Source of the DNA: Candidatus Latescibacterota bacterium
Lineage (GTDB): Bacteria > Latescibacterota > UBA2968 > UBA8231
Length of the DNA stretch: 64,000 nucleotides
Reading direction: 5' to 3'
Assembly (NCBI GenBank): GCA_965217585.1
Contig: OZ244561.1
Span: 2,272,001-2,336,000 of the forward strand
Positions 52,261 through 61,276 of this stretch are shown in pieces. The notes beneath the pieces are model-generated. The model worked only from the letters and a program-made list of their open reading frames with translations. It searched no databases and was not told the origin of the DNA. Every line of letters begins with the position of its first letter. The stretch's first letter is position 1. The position numbers and the translations under genes are program-made.

Positions 52261-53519
52261 GGCTTGGTCTGCTCTACTCTTCTCAACGTCCCCCCATCCT
52301 GCACAGCTTCGTAAATTTGGGCGAACTCGCGGCTGCCGTCATCTTCGACGGGGAGGCATTCAGAGCCGCTTTCGCAGATGGGCATGGCGTCGCGGGGATA
52401 TTCGCTGTGGAGGTCTTGCTTGGAGCAGCCATAGTAGGTGACTTCGCCGTTGGCGCGGGCGTAGCGATAGACGTGGCGGGGCGGATCGACCCAACTGTAA
52501 TCCACTCGATATTGCTCTATGGCCTGTAGGTCAATCTCGACGCCGAGGCCGGGTTGTTCTGGAACTCGGTAATAGCCGCCGCGCAGTTGGATGGGGTCGG
52601 CCAATAGCTGGCTCTCCCAGATGTTCATGCAGGTAATGGCTGGCCACTTGCTCTGGGGGCAGACCGCGCCCAAGTGGGCGGCCCACGTGGTGGTGATGCC
52701 CGTGCCGACGAGCTGGAGCCAGAAGGGCTTGTTGGCCACGTCCGCGACCGCGGATTGCTGCGCGATGCCGTGGGCCCCAACGCCGACCACAAAACCGTCG
52801 GCGACGTCTTCTTGCAGGGTGGTGAGAATTGGCGGCGAGCCGTAGTGCATGGCCAGTGGACGGCGGATGTGGTTGCGGATTTGGGCGTTGCCGGCCACAT
52901 CGGTTTGGGGGATCGGCGACTCAATCATGGCCACCTGCGGGTATTGCTCCAAGGTCGCCAAAAACTCGACGGCGCTGGCGGCGTTGGCGAGCGTGCCGTT
53001 GAAGTCCAAGTCGAGCTTGAACTGCGGGGGAACGGCCGCGATGATGGCTTGGATGCAGGCGTGCAGGTCGCACCAAGTCCGCGCCTTGAGCTTGGCGGTG
53101 GTATAGCCTTGCGCGACGGCGTCAGCACACTGGCGCGCCCAGTCGGCGGATGGCATGTCCATCGCCCACCACGATAGCGGACACCACGTGCGGACCTTGG
53201 TGCCCAACAGACGATAAGCCGGAGCACCTAAGACCTTGCCAACCGCGTCGAAAAGCGCCTGCTGGACCCCAGCACCCAGCGCATCCTGCCACAGCAGATC
53301 GCCGACGGCATGGCCGACGATGCGGTCTTCAATGTCTTCAGGGACCTTGGCCCACGTGTAATTGGGGATGGTCTCGCCCCAGCCTATAGTGCCGTCGGCG
53401 AGGGTGATTTTGCAGAGTTGGACGATGCGCCAGTGCGGCAGCCAGTACTTCATGTGCTGATTGGTGTGGGAGGTAAACGGAACGTCCAAGTGGATGAGTT
53501 CGACGGATTGGACCTGCAT
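52257..53519 (-). CDS. Mandelate racemase/muconate lactonizing enzyme family enolase
   Basis: KLKAR, LDLDFN, IESPI, PGLGVEID; start MQVQSV after AAAGGAG. Confidence 0.88.
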   Translation of the reverse strand: MQVQSVELIHLDVPFTSHTNQHMKYWLPHWRIVQLCKITLADGTIGWGETIPNYTWAKVPEDIEDRIVGHAVGDLLWQDALGAGVQQALFDAVGKVLGAPAYRLLGTKVRTWCPLSWWAMDMPSADWARQCADAVAQGYTTAKLKARTWCDLHACIQAIIAAVPPQFKLDLDFNGTLANAASAVEFLATLEQYPQVAMIESPIPQTDVAGNAQIRNHIRRPLAMHYGSPPILTTLQEDVADGFVVGVGAHGIAQQSAVADVANKPFWLQLVGTGITTTWAAHLGAVCPQSKWPAITCMNIWESQLLADPIQLRGGYYRVPEQPGLGVEIDLQAIEQYRVDYSWVDPPRHVYRYARANGEVTYYGCSKQDLHSEYPRDAMPICESGSECLPVEDDGSREFAQIYEAVQDGGTLRRVEQTKP

Positions 53520-53606
53520 TGGAGACTCCTTTTGGAAGGGGTGGGGTGGGCTAGATACGGCGGGCCGAGCCAAGTGTCAAGGCGGGGAATGCGTTATATT
53601 CCCGGC

Positions 53607-55778
53607 ATGGAAATTCGCCAATTTGCCGAGCAGGTGCTTTTCGGAACGCGCTGGGAAGACAAGCTGGTCGTCCTTGATCGCCACGAAGACCACGCGCCCG
53701 GTGCGGGGATTAAGACCCCCAGTGCGCCGGGTCGCCCCCCCGGCTTGGGGCTGGACGAGTGGCATCATCGTGAAAAGCTCCGCTTCCGCGATGTGCGCCA
53801 CTTCCACAGCGAAAAAGAGCGCGGTCTGGTCTTGCACTTTTTTGCCAACCACGAGCTGCTCGCCTTGGAGCTGATGGCACTGGCCCTGCTCAAATTTCCG
53901 CAGGCACCGGAGAAGTTTCGCCGCGGCTTGGTGCAGACGCTCAAAGACGAGCAGGAGCACGTGCGGCTCTACCAGCAGCGGATGCAGGAGATTGGGGTGG
54001 AGTTTGGCCAGATTCCGGTCGGCGACTTTTTCTGGAAGGCCATCGGGCCGATGGAGACCCCGATGGACTTTGTAACGGGCTTGAGCCTGACCCTTGAACA
54101 AGCCAATCTCGACTACGCGCGGCACTACGCCCAGGTCTATCGGCAGTTGGATGACCCGGAGACTGCGGCAATTCTGGAGCGGATCTACCGCGACGAAATC
54201 GGCCACGTCAAACACGGACTGACGTGGTTTAGGCGCTGGCAGGAGGCCGGACTGAGCGAATGGGAAGCCTATCGTCAGACGCTGCGCTTCCCACTGGGGC
54301 CGGCGCGAGCCAAGGGCATTGGCTTCAATCGCGCGGGTCGGCTCCAGGCCGGGCTTTCTGCGGACTATATCGACGAACTGGAGCTTTTTTCGCAGTCGCG
54401 GGGACGCTGCCCGGCCGTGTATTGGTTCAACGCCAATTGCGAGGAGCAGGTGGCCTTGGGGCGGCCGGGTTTTACGCCGACGCGGCGGGTGGCCGAGCTG
54501 GAGGCCGATTTTCAAGCGCTGCCCATGCTGCTATGTGCTCGTGACGATGTGGTGCTTCTACACGAGAAGCCTTCGTCGGCCTTTTTGCGGCGGATGCAGG
54601 AGTTGAGCTTTGCGATTCCGGAGTTCGTCGAGTGCAGCGCAGATGGCCTAGCGGCGCTTGCCGAGCGCAAGGTCAACGCGCTCAGGCCTTGGGGCTGGAG
54701 TCCAGATAGCGCCGAGTTGTTAGCGCCGTTGGTCGCGGGCTTGCCTCGCGGGGGAGAAGGGCCTTGCTGGAGCGCGACGGTCCGGCAGTTCTACGCCAAG
54801 TCTTGGAGCGCGGCGCGGCTGGGCGAGTTTCTCGCGGTGGAGCAGGCCGACTATTTCTGCGGGACGGATGTGGTCGGCACGGCTTGCGCGACGACAGAAC
54901 AAGCCCTGGCAGAGATGGGACGTTTGGCGGAGGCGGGTTTTGACGCGGTGGTCGTCAAGGCCATCTACGGCTCTTCGGGCCGTGGCCAAATCCACTGCCG
55001 TGGAGGACAACTGCGCACAGAGCAGCGCGGTCGGTTGGAGAACATGTTGCGGCAGCAAGGCCAAGTTGTAGTAGAGCCGTGGCTCGACAAGGTGGTGGAT
55101 TTGTCGCTGCACTTCGATGTGGGAGTGGAGGGTGAGGCGGTGGTGGTCGGCTGGACGCGATTTCTCACTGATGGACGCGGACAGTATCGCGGCTCGTTCG
55201 TTGGCTCGCTTACCGCTGGCCTCGACGAGGAAGTGAAGCGGTTTCTCTATGGCGATGGGCGCGATGCACGCCGCTTGGCGCGGTTGGGCGAGCAGCTTGC
55301 CGAATGGCTCGCCGAGCCGTTGCGCGCTGCTGGTTATCAGGGGCCGGTTGGCGTGGATGCTATGGTGTACCGCGACCATGATCGTCTGCGACTAAAGCCG
55401 ATTGTGGAGGTCAATCCGCGCACGACGATGGGGCGAGTGGCGCTCAAGTTGCAACAGGCGGTTAATTCGGCGCGCACGGCCTTGTGGCTGGTACTCAGCC
55501 GCCGCGAGGTAACGGCGGCCGGGTTTGCTAGCTTGGCCGAATGTGCCGCTGCGCTGGAGGCCGCGCATCCGGCCCGGATGATGCCCGATGGCAAGCAGTT
55601 GAGCGGCGGGGTGCTCTTTACGACCGATCCGGCTCAGGCCCGTTCTTTTGCTACGGTGTTGCTCGTCGGTGAATCGCTGGCCGAGTGTGAGGGCTACCTG
55701 CGAGGAGCGGGATTGGAGTTGACTCAGTTAGGAGAAATCAAGTTGAGAAAGTGCGTTTTTTCTTACGATTCCTCGTAG
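53607..55778 (+). CDS. DUF455 ferritin-like domain fused to an ATP-grasp-like domain
   Basis: N-terminal FANHELLALE, DEQEH, LEQANLD, DEIGHV. C-terminal VVKAIYGSSGRG, VVEPW, GPVGVD, EVNPRTTMG. Start taken at MEIRQF. Confidence 0.8.
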   Translation: MEIRQFAEQVLFGTRWEDKLVVLDRHEDHAPGAGIKTPSAPGRPPGLGLDEWHHREKLRFRDVRHFHSEKERGLVLHFFANHELLALELMALALLKFPQAPEKFRRGLVQTLKDEQEHVRLYQQRMQEIGVEFGQIPVGDFFWKAIGPMETPMDFVTGLSLTLEQANLDYARHYAQVYRQLDDPETAAILERIYRDEIGHVKHGLTWFRRWQEAGLSEWEAYRQTLRFPLGPARAKGIGFNRAGRLQAGLSADYIDELELFSQSRGRCPAVYWFNANCEEQVALGRPGFTPTRRVAELEADFQALPMLLCARDDVVLLHEKPSSAFLRRMQELSFAIPEFVECSADGLAALAERKVNALRPWGWSPDSAELLAPLVAGLPRGGEGPCWSATVRQFYAKSWSAARLGEFLAVEQADYFCGTDVVGTACATTEQALAEMGRLAEAGFDAVVVKAIYGSSGRGQIHCRGGQLRTEQRGRLENMLRQQGQVVVEPWLDKVVDLSLHFDVGVEGEAVVVGWTRFLTDGRGQYRGSFVGSLTAGLDEEVKRFLYGDGRDARRLARLGEQLAEWLAEPLRAAGYQGPVGVDAMVYRDHDRLRLKPIVEVNPRTTMGRVALKLQQAVNSARTALWLVLSRREVTAAGFASLAECAAALEAAHPARMMPDGKQLSGGVLFTTDPAQARSFATVLLVGESLAECEGYLRGAGLELTQLGEIKLRKCVFSYDSS

Positions 55779-55814
55779 TTAAATGGATCGTCCCAATCTT
55801 GGGCTTGGGATGTC

Positions 55815-56275
55815 TCATTGAGTGGTTTTGATCGCCCACAGCAGCGTCCATGCGAGCAGGCCGATGAGCAAATGCAAGCGGGGCGGGTGGGTCAGGTGGG
55901 TATCCTGCAAATTAAACCCTTTGGACTTCAAAAAGCCAAACGTCGTCTCAATAGCCCAGCGTTTTCCATACAGAGCCAGCACCTGCTTGAGGTCGGTTCG
56001 GTTGGTGATCAGCAGGAGGTGCTCTCCCTTGGCCGGACGATGACAGACTAGATGAAGGGTCAACCCGTTATAGAGGGTGGTGCCGGCGTTCCTCGGTATT
56101 GGAGTTGCCCGACTTTTGTAACGACTGATATTCCAATGGAATAGACACGCCTTGGTAGACCAGTCCTCAACACAATTAGGTTCTGATCGGTGCGCCCGAA
56201 CTTCCAATGGGTCCGATCCAAGACCAACACCTGAGGCTGGCCGGGTGCAACCAGCTGAGAGCGGATCAACGGTTA
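55815..56275 (-). mobile_element. IS4-family transposase remnant
   Basis: LVLDRTHWKFG, GLVYQGVSIPL...KSGNSNTEER and LYGKRWAIETTFGFLKSKGFNLQDT lie in three different frames; the central part is missing. Confidence 0.85.
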
Positions 56276-56285
56276 GATTTCGCGG

Positions 56286-56747
56286 CTACCGCACTAGCCG
56301 CTCGTCAAGCAGGTACGGTTCAACCGCCGCGATTTCCACCTCTTTCATATCCGAATGCGCTGGATTGATCAGCACATTGTAGTCGCCTTCGACTACTGCT
56401 GAGGGCACGCGCAGCAGCAAGGACCGCCTTTCCTCCACCCAACGGGTGCCGATCTCCTCTAGCTCGACAGGGGCCGGATGTCGCCGCCAGTTGTTTGGCA
56501 ACATCTCCTCGGTAATAGTCTCTGCTGACGCATCATCGGGCACCGCAATAATCGCGATGCTCAGATTTTTCGGTACCCCCACCAAAGGCACATGCACTAG
56601 GTATTCCACCGTGGCCAATGCCCGACTAGGCGAGGTGTAAAGCAAGCCCACCCCGACGCGATTCCACCGACCACCGTTGGCACGGGCACCGACCCCCGAT
56701 AGATCGTTTATGTAGTGGGTCTTGGCGATGCGGAAAAGCCGCATCAA
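56286..56747 (-). CDS. RES-domain toxin
   Basis: LSGVGA..GGRWN, YTS.SRALATVEYLVH, LRVPSAVV, NVLINPAH. Confidence 0.92.
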   Translation of the reverse strand: MMRLFRIAKTHYINDLSGVGARANGGRWNRVGVGLLYTSPSRALATVEYLVHVPLVGVPKNLSIAIIAVPDDASAETITEEMLPNNWRRHPAPVELEEIGTRWVEERRSLLLRVPSAVVEGDYNVLINPAHSDMKEVEIAAVEPYLLDERLVR

Positions 56748-57181
56748 GCGAATACTCCGTGCTCTATCCGGCCCAGCTCATCCAAAACGATATCTGCGCC
56801 GAAACGCGAGTTGAGCAATTCGAGCGGCACTTTGTCGCCTATTGCCACGCAGGGTTGTTTGAGCCAATACAGGAAATGATCGCGGTCCTCAAAGACAGCT
56901 ACCCCTCTGGCAGCGACGCTGGCGATCTGGAGAACCTGCTCGGAGACGGCCCGACTGAATGGTTTGGCGTCGCCGTGTCGCTGCACCGTACGTTCGCTAA
57001 TGGGTAGTAGGCGAATGAGCTGTCCCGGCGATATAGCGAGGTATTCCGCTAGTTTTATCAACTCTGACCGCGCAATGCCTCGATTGCTCATTTCAATTAG
57101 GTCGAAGCCATTGTGCAGCCTATGGCGCACCCCGAGAATCTGCGCCGTTTCCCCTAAGGGTGCCGTCGTGGCAGTGGTCAT
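56744..57181 (-). CDS. Xre/MbcA/ParS antitoxin (DUF2384)
   Basis: HTH region ISERTVQR, WLKQP..AIG..VPLELL, VLDELGRIEHGVF; ATGA overlap with the RES gene. Confidence 0.92.
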   Translation of the reverse strand: MTTATTAPLGETAQILGVRHRLHNGFDLIEMSNRGIARSELIKLAEYLAISPGQLIRLLPISERTVQRHGDAKPFSRAVSEQVLQIASVAARGVAVFEDRDHFLYWLKQPCVAIGDKVPLELLNSRFGADIVLDELGRIEHGVFA

Positions 57182-57312
57182 GGCATGGCTCGCTTTCTTT
57201 GTATGGCGACGTATGTCCTATAAAATACGACAAAATGCACCTACATTGTCAAACTTGCCATCGGCGCGAGTGTGTATCTACTTATAGAAGCCCTTTGCGA
57301 GAGGACGAGACC

Positions 57313-59103
57313 GTGCAAACGCTAAAAGGCCAAGCGCCCACTGCACCGCCGTTATGGGCGGTCTTGGAGCGGCGACTGATCGACGCGATCGACGAGGCGG
57401 CACCGATTTTTCTCGAGAAGTACACCCGCCCCGGCGGCAGCCTGATATGGATGGAAGGAGACCCCGGAGACGGGGTCTGGGCCGACGACCTGTACGAGTC
57501 ATTCTTCAACTGGCCTCACTACTATGCTCTAGGCGGCAGCGAGTATACGGGCGTCAAAGCCCTAGAGCAGTGGAACGCCATTACTCGACAGCTAGAGCAC
57601 GACTACGGCCGCGTCACCCGAGAGTTTATCAACGACGACGACTGGTTCCACAACGCCGAAAACTACATCTACTTCTATCACTTGGGGATGGCCGATCCGG
57701 CCAACGCCGAGACGCGCCGCCGGGCGCAGCGCTTTGCCGGATTGTACTTGAACGACGACCCGGCCGTGCCCAACTACGACCCCGAACACCGCATCGTGCG
57801 CTCGCCCTGTAGCGGCAGCAAGGGGCCGCTCTTCCAGATGCGGCGCGGCGAAATCCACTACGACCTCACCCACGACCACGCCACGTTGGGGCCGGGCTTT
57901 GATTTGCCCGCTAACTGGTGGGAGGACCCCGAGACCAAACGCCGCGTTGAGGAGCAATTTGACCAAGTGGTCATGCAGAGCGACGTGACCGTCAACTTAG
58001 GCGTCACAGCACTGGTGGCAACGGCATTTCTCCACACCGGCGAGGCGCGGTATCGGGAATGGATTGAGGAATACGTGGGGGCTTGGCTAGAGCGCACCGA
58101 AACCAACGGCGGCATCGTCCCGGACAACATCGGTCCCAACGGCATCGTCGGCGAGATGCGCCAGGGGCAGTGGTGGGGCGGGCTGTATGGCTGGACTGGG
58201 CGCTATGGACATGGCATGATGGCCCACGCGATCACTGCGGCGGTGGAGGCCGCGCTGTTGGTCACGGGCGAAACCAAGTATTTGGACCTGCTCCGCATGC
58301 ACATGGACACGCTAGTCGAGCACGGCCGCGAGCAAGGGGGGCGGCTGCTCGTGCCCTACAAGCACACGGACGAGGGTTGGACCGACTTCAATCCCATCAA
58401 TCCCAATGCGCCGATCCACTTGTGGGCCGCGTCCATGGAAGAGCGGGACTGGCAGCGGCTGGAGACCTTGCGCCGAGGTGCCGCAGACGAGTGGGAGCAG
58501 GTGGGACAGCGCGGGCCGCGCTCGCTCGACGACCGCGCCTGGACCCGCTTTCTCGCTGGCGAATCCCCGGATTACCCCGAGCGCATCTTGCAGGCCAACT
58601 ACCGAGAGGTCTGCGACCGCATCGCCAAGGTCATAGACGACGAACAGGATCTGACCCAACTCGACGTACACTGGTGGCAGCAGGTCAACCCGGTGGTCAC
58701 CGAAGCCTTGGTACAGCTAACGACCGGCGCGCCGCAGACCATCTACTGGGGTGGGTTGGCGCAAGGGCGGGTGCGCTATTTCGACAGCGAGCAGCAGCGA
58801 CCGGGTTTGCCCCCGGACGTAGCAGCCTTGGTGACCGGCCTCAGCAGCGAGGGTGCAGAGCTGACGTTGGTCAACTTGAGCACGAGTCGCACCCGGCAGG
58901 TGATCGTCGGCGCTGGCAGCTTTGGCGAGCACTGCTTTGGCCGGGTGCGAGCCGGCGACGAGGTCCTCGACGTGGATAGCACCTATTTCCAAGTCGAACT
59001 GGCACCGGCCAGCCAAGTCGAATTGTCGCTCGCCATGCGGCGTTACAGCCAGCAACCCAGCTTTCGCCTGCCTTGGCACGGCGAGCGGGTTCCATATCGC
59101 TAA
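57313..59103 (+). CDS. Hypothetical protein, probable alpha/alpha-barrel glycosidase-like fold
   Basis: Long ORF with typical codon usage, Trp/Asp-rich (DDLYESFFNW, DWFHNAE); GTG start after GAGGA. Confidence 0.55.
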   Translation: MQTLKGQAPTAPPLWAVLERRLIDAIDEAAPIFLEKYTRPGGSLIWMEGDPGDGVWADDLYESFFNWPHYYALGGSEYTGVKALEQWNAITRQLEHDYGRVTREFINDDDWFHNAENYIYFYHLGMADPANAETRRRAQRFAGLYLNDDPAVPNYDPEHRIVRSPCSGSKGPLFQMRRGEIHYDLTHDHATLGPGFDLPANWWEDPETKRRVEEQFDQVVMQSDVTVNLGVTALVATAFLHTGEARYREWIEEYVGAWLERTETNGGIVPDNIGPNGIVGEMRQGQWWGGLYGWTGRYGHGMMAHAITAAVEAALLVTGETKYLDLLRMHMDTLVEHGREQGGRLLVPYKHTDEGWTDFNPINPNAPIHLWAASMEERDWQRLETLRRGAADEWEQVGQRGPRSLDDRAWTRFLAGESPDYPERILQANYREVCDRIAKVIDDEQDLTQLDVHWWQQVNPVVTEALVQLTTGAPQTIYWGGLAQGRVRYFDSEQQRPGLPPDVAALVTGLSSEGAELTLVNLSTSRTRQVIVGAGSFGEHCFGRVRAGDEVLDVDSTYFQVELAPASQVELSLAMRRYSQQPSFRLPWHGERVPYR

Positions 59104-59123
59104 CAAAATTAGGAGATAAGGCG

Positions 59124-59870
59124 ATGGACCAAGCCGACCGCGATTTCTTTGCCGCCAACGGCTATCTCAACCTAGGACAGGTGCTCGACGACGACGAGGT
59201 GCAATACTTCCGCGACATGTTCGATGGGGATATGGAAAAGTACCCCTATTTCTGGCACCGCTACGGTCACCACCAGCACGCCAACTACGAGGCGTTGATC
59301 ACCTCGCCGCAGTTCGACGAACTCATCCGTCACCCGAAGATATACCCGACGATCGAGGCGCTGATGGGCGGGCCGCTCTGCTTTGGCGAGATCGGGCTGC
59401 GGATGATGCGGGCCTACGATGGCCCGTTGCACCAAGGTTGGCACCGCGACAGGCAGCATTGGGACGAGCATCCGCTCCGCATGGACTACATCCAACTCAT
59501 GGTCTATCTGGCCGATGTGGACGAGGGAACGCATTGTTTTTCGCTGTCACCGGAGCCGGTAAGCCAGTCGGTACTCGAAGATAAGGAGGCACAGCTCAAG
59601 CGGGGCGGCGAGTATCACTTGCATGGGCCGGCCGGGACCTGTGCACTGTTTAACGTAGCGGTGCTGCACACGGCGACGACGCGGCCCACGCAGGCAGAGC
59701 GACGGACCGTGCAGATTTACTACGGGCATCGCAGCCGGGCACCGCTGGCGAACGATTCGAGTATTCCGGCGGCGTTTTGGCGGGATAGCGAAGATGCGGA
59801 GACGCGGGCTTTTTACGGAGTTTTGAACGAGCGCACCAGGGTATATTTGGCGGCGTTCCCCGGAGCGTGA
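59124..59870 (+). CDS. Phytanoyl-CoA dioxygenase (PhyH) family protein
   Basis: FAANGYL, WHRD, GPAG...VLHTA; AGGAG RBS. Confidence 0.88.
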   Translation: MDQADRDFFAANGYLNLGQVLDDDEVQYFRDMFDGDMEKYPYFWHRYGHHQHANYEALITSPQFDELIRHPKIYPTIEALMGGPLCFGEIGLRMMRAYDGPLHQGWHRDRQHWDEHPLRMDYIQLMVYLADVDEGTHCFSLSPEPVSQSVLEDKEAQLKRGGEYHLHGPAGTCALFNVAVLHTATTRPTQAERRTVQIYYGHRSRAPLANDSSIPAAFWRDSEDAETRAFYGVLNERTRVYLAAFPGA

Positions 59871-59916
59871 CCCATTCCCTTCCTTTAGGGCGGAGAGCTG
59901 GCGAGATCAGGTTATT

Positions 59917-61089
59917 TTGTACACATCCCTTTTGGATATCGCACCCACTGATCTGGTGGACATTGCAGTCGTCGGTTTGCTGCTTTGGGGTCTAGTGGTT
60001 TGGACCCGCCGAGCGCGAATGGCCCTGCTCGGTTTGGCTTTTTTGGGCGTCTTCTACCACCTGATAGCGCAGCAATTCAAGTTGCAGCTAACGACTTGGA
60101 TCCTCCAAGGCTTTTTCGTGTGGTTAGTGGTGGTGGTGGTGGTGGTGTTCCAGGATGATTTGCGCCGGCTCTTTGAGCAGATCGCCACGCTCGGTCTACG
60201 CCGCAAGGCTCCGCGCCCGGACCCCTCCAGCTTGGGAACGCTGACCAGGGGGTTGCATGAGTTGGCCAAGAAAAAGCGCGGGGCCTTGGTGGTCCTGCCG
60301 GGGCGCGAACCGATAGAGCGGCATTTTTTGCAGTATGGGACCCCTTTGGACGCGGAGATCAGCGAAGAACTTCTCGACAGCCTTTTCGATCCCGGTTCGG
60401 CTGGGCACGACGGCGCGCTGGTGATGCAGAATAATAGGATCAAGGAGTTTGGAGTGCATTTGCCGCTTTCCGAGAATAGGGATGAACTGAAGGGAGGTGG
60501 TACGCGGCACGCGGCCGCGTTGGGACTAGCCGAACACAGCGATGCCCTGTGTCTAGTGGTCTCAGAGGAGCGCGGCACCATCGGGATCGCAGCGCGGGGG
60601 CAACTCGAGATTCTGGACGATCCGGACGCGGGCAAACTGGCGGACAGGATCAGAAGCTACTTGCAGCATACAGGGACCCAGGTGAACGCACGCCGCGAGT
60701 GGCGTCGGTGGGGGCGGCGTCTAGTGGAAGGTCTTTTGTCCTTCGCCTTGGCCTTGGGCGCGTGGCTAGCCTTCGTACCGGGCGCAACGCTCGAGGAAGC
60801 AGTGCTCCAGGTGTCCGTAGCCGTAGAGAACATGCCCGAAGGATATGCGCTCGAGGACGTTAAACCTCCAGAGGTGGAGATCGCGGTAGCAGGACCGCGA
60901 CGGGACATGTTTTTGGCGAGCAATGCGGATTTCCAAGTCGTCATTGACGCCAATCTCGTCAAGCTGGGGCGGAGGACCTTTGAGGTATCCGCCCAGTCCG
61001 TGCGCCATGCAACCGGGTTGGAGGTCAAAAGCATCAAGCCAGACAAGGTGAAACTAACCGTGCAGAAAGCGCGAGGAGATGCGCGATGA
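59917..61089 (+). CDS. cdaA: Membrane diadenylate cyclase with a fused C-terminal YbbR-like domain
   Basis: Three N-terminal TM helices, FQDDLRR, GALVV, HDGA, GTRHAAALG, VSEERG. These are followed by a fourth TM and a YbbR-like PPEVEIAVAGPR...PDKVKLTV domain. Confidence 0.88.
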   Translation: MYTSLLDIAPTDLVDIAVVGLLLWGLVVWTRRARMALLGLAFLGVFYHLIAQQFKLQLTTWILQGFFVWLVVVVVVVFQDDLRRLFEQIATLGLRRKAPRPDPSSLGTLTRGLHELAKKKRGALVVLPGREPIERHFLQYGTPLDAEISEELLDSLFDPGSAGHDGALVMQNNRIKEFGVHLPLSENRDELKGGGTRHAAALGLAEHSDALCLVVSEERGTIGIAARGQLEILDDPDAGKLADRIRSYLQHTGTQVNARREWRRWGRRLVEGLLSFALALGAWLAFVPGATLEEAVLQVSVAVENMPEGYALEDVKPPEVEIAVAGPRRDMFLASNADFQVVIDANLVKLGRRTFEVSAQSVRHATGLEVKSIKPDKVKLTVQKARGDAR

Positions 61090-61266
61090 AAATCGCCTTG
61101 CACGATAGCGGCGAAGAACATTTGCAGCTTATGCGCCAACTGGGCGTCGAGTACGTGGTTAGTGCGGTAGGGCCGGGGCTTCACCGCGCCTTTAGGCGTG
61201 ACAATCTGGTGCCCTTACGACTTGGGGTATCTGAGGGCGGTACTGCAAACCATTGAATCGCTGTGA
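61086..61266 (+). pseudogene. Remnant of a mannonate-dehydratase-like TIM-barrel gene (N- and C-termini only)
   Basis: Coupled ATGA start MKIAL...LQLMRQLGVEYVV is joined out of frame to YDLGYLRAVLQTIESL*, which resembles the WTIGYIRAL end of the 12385-13254 gene. Confidence 0.55.
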
Positions 61267-61276
61267 GAGGCACGGC

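Noticed and set aside
53310-53606. N-terminal extension of the 822-aa ORF
   Set aside because: It overlaps the divergent enolase gene; recognisable sequence begins at MEIRQF (53607).
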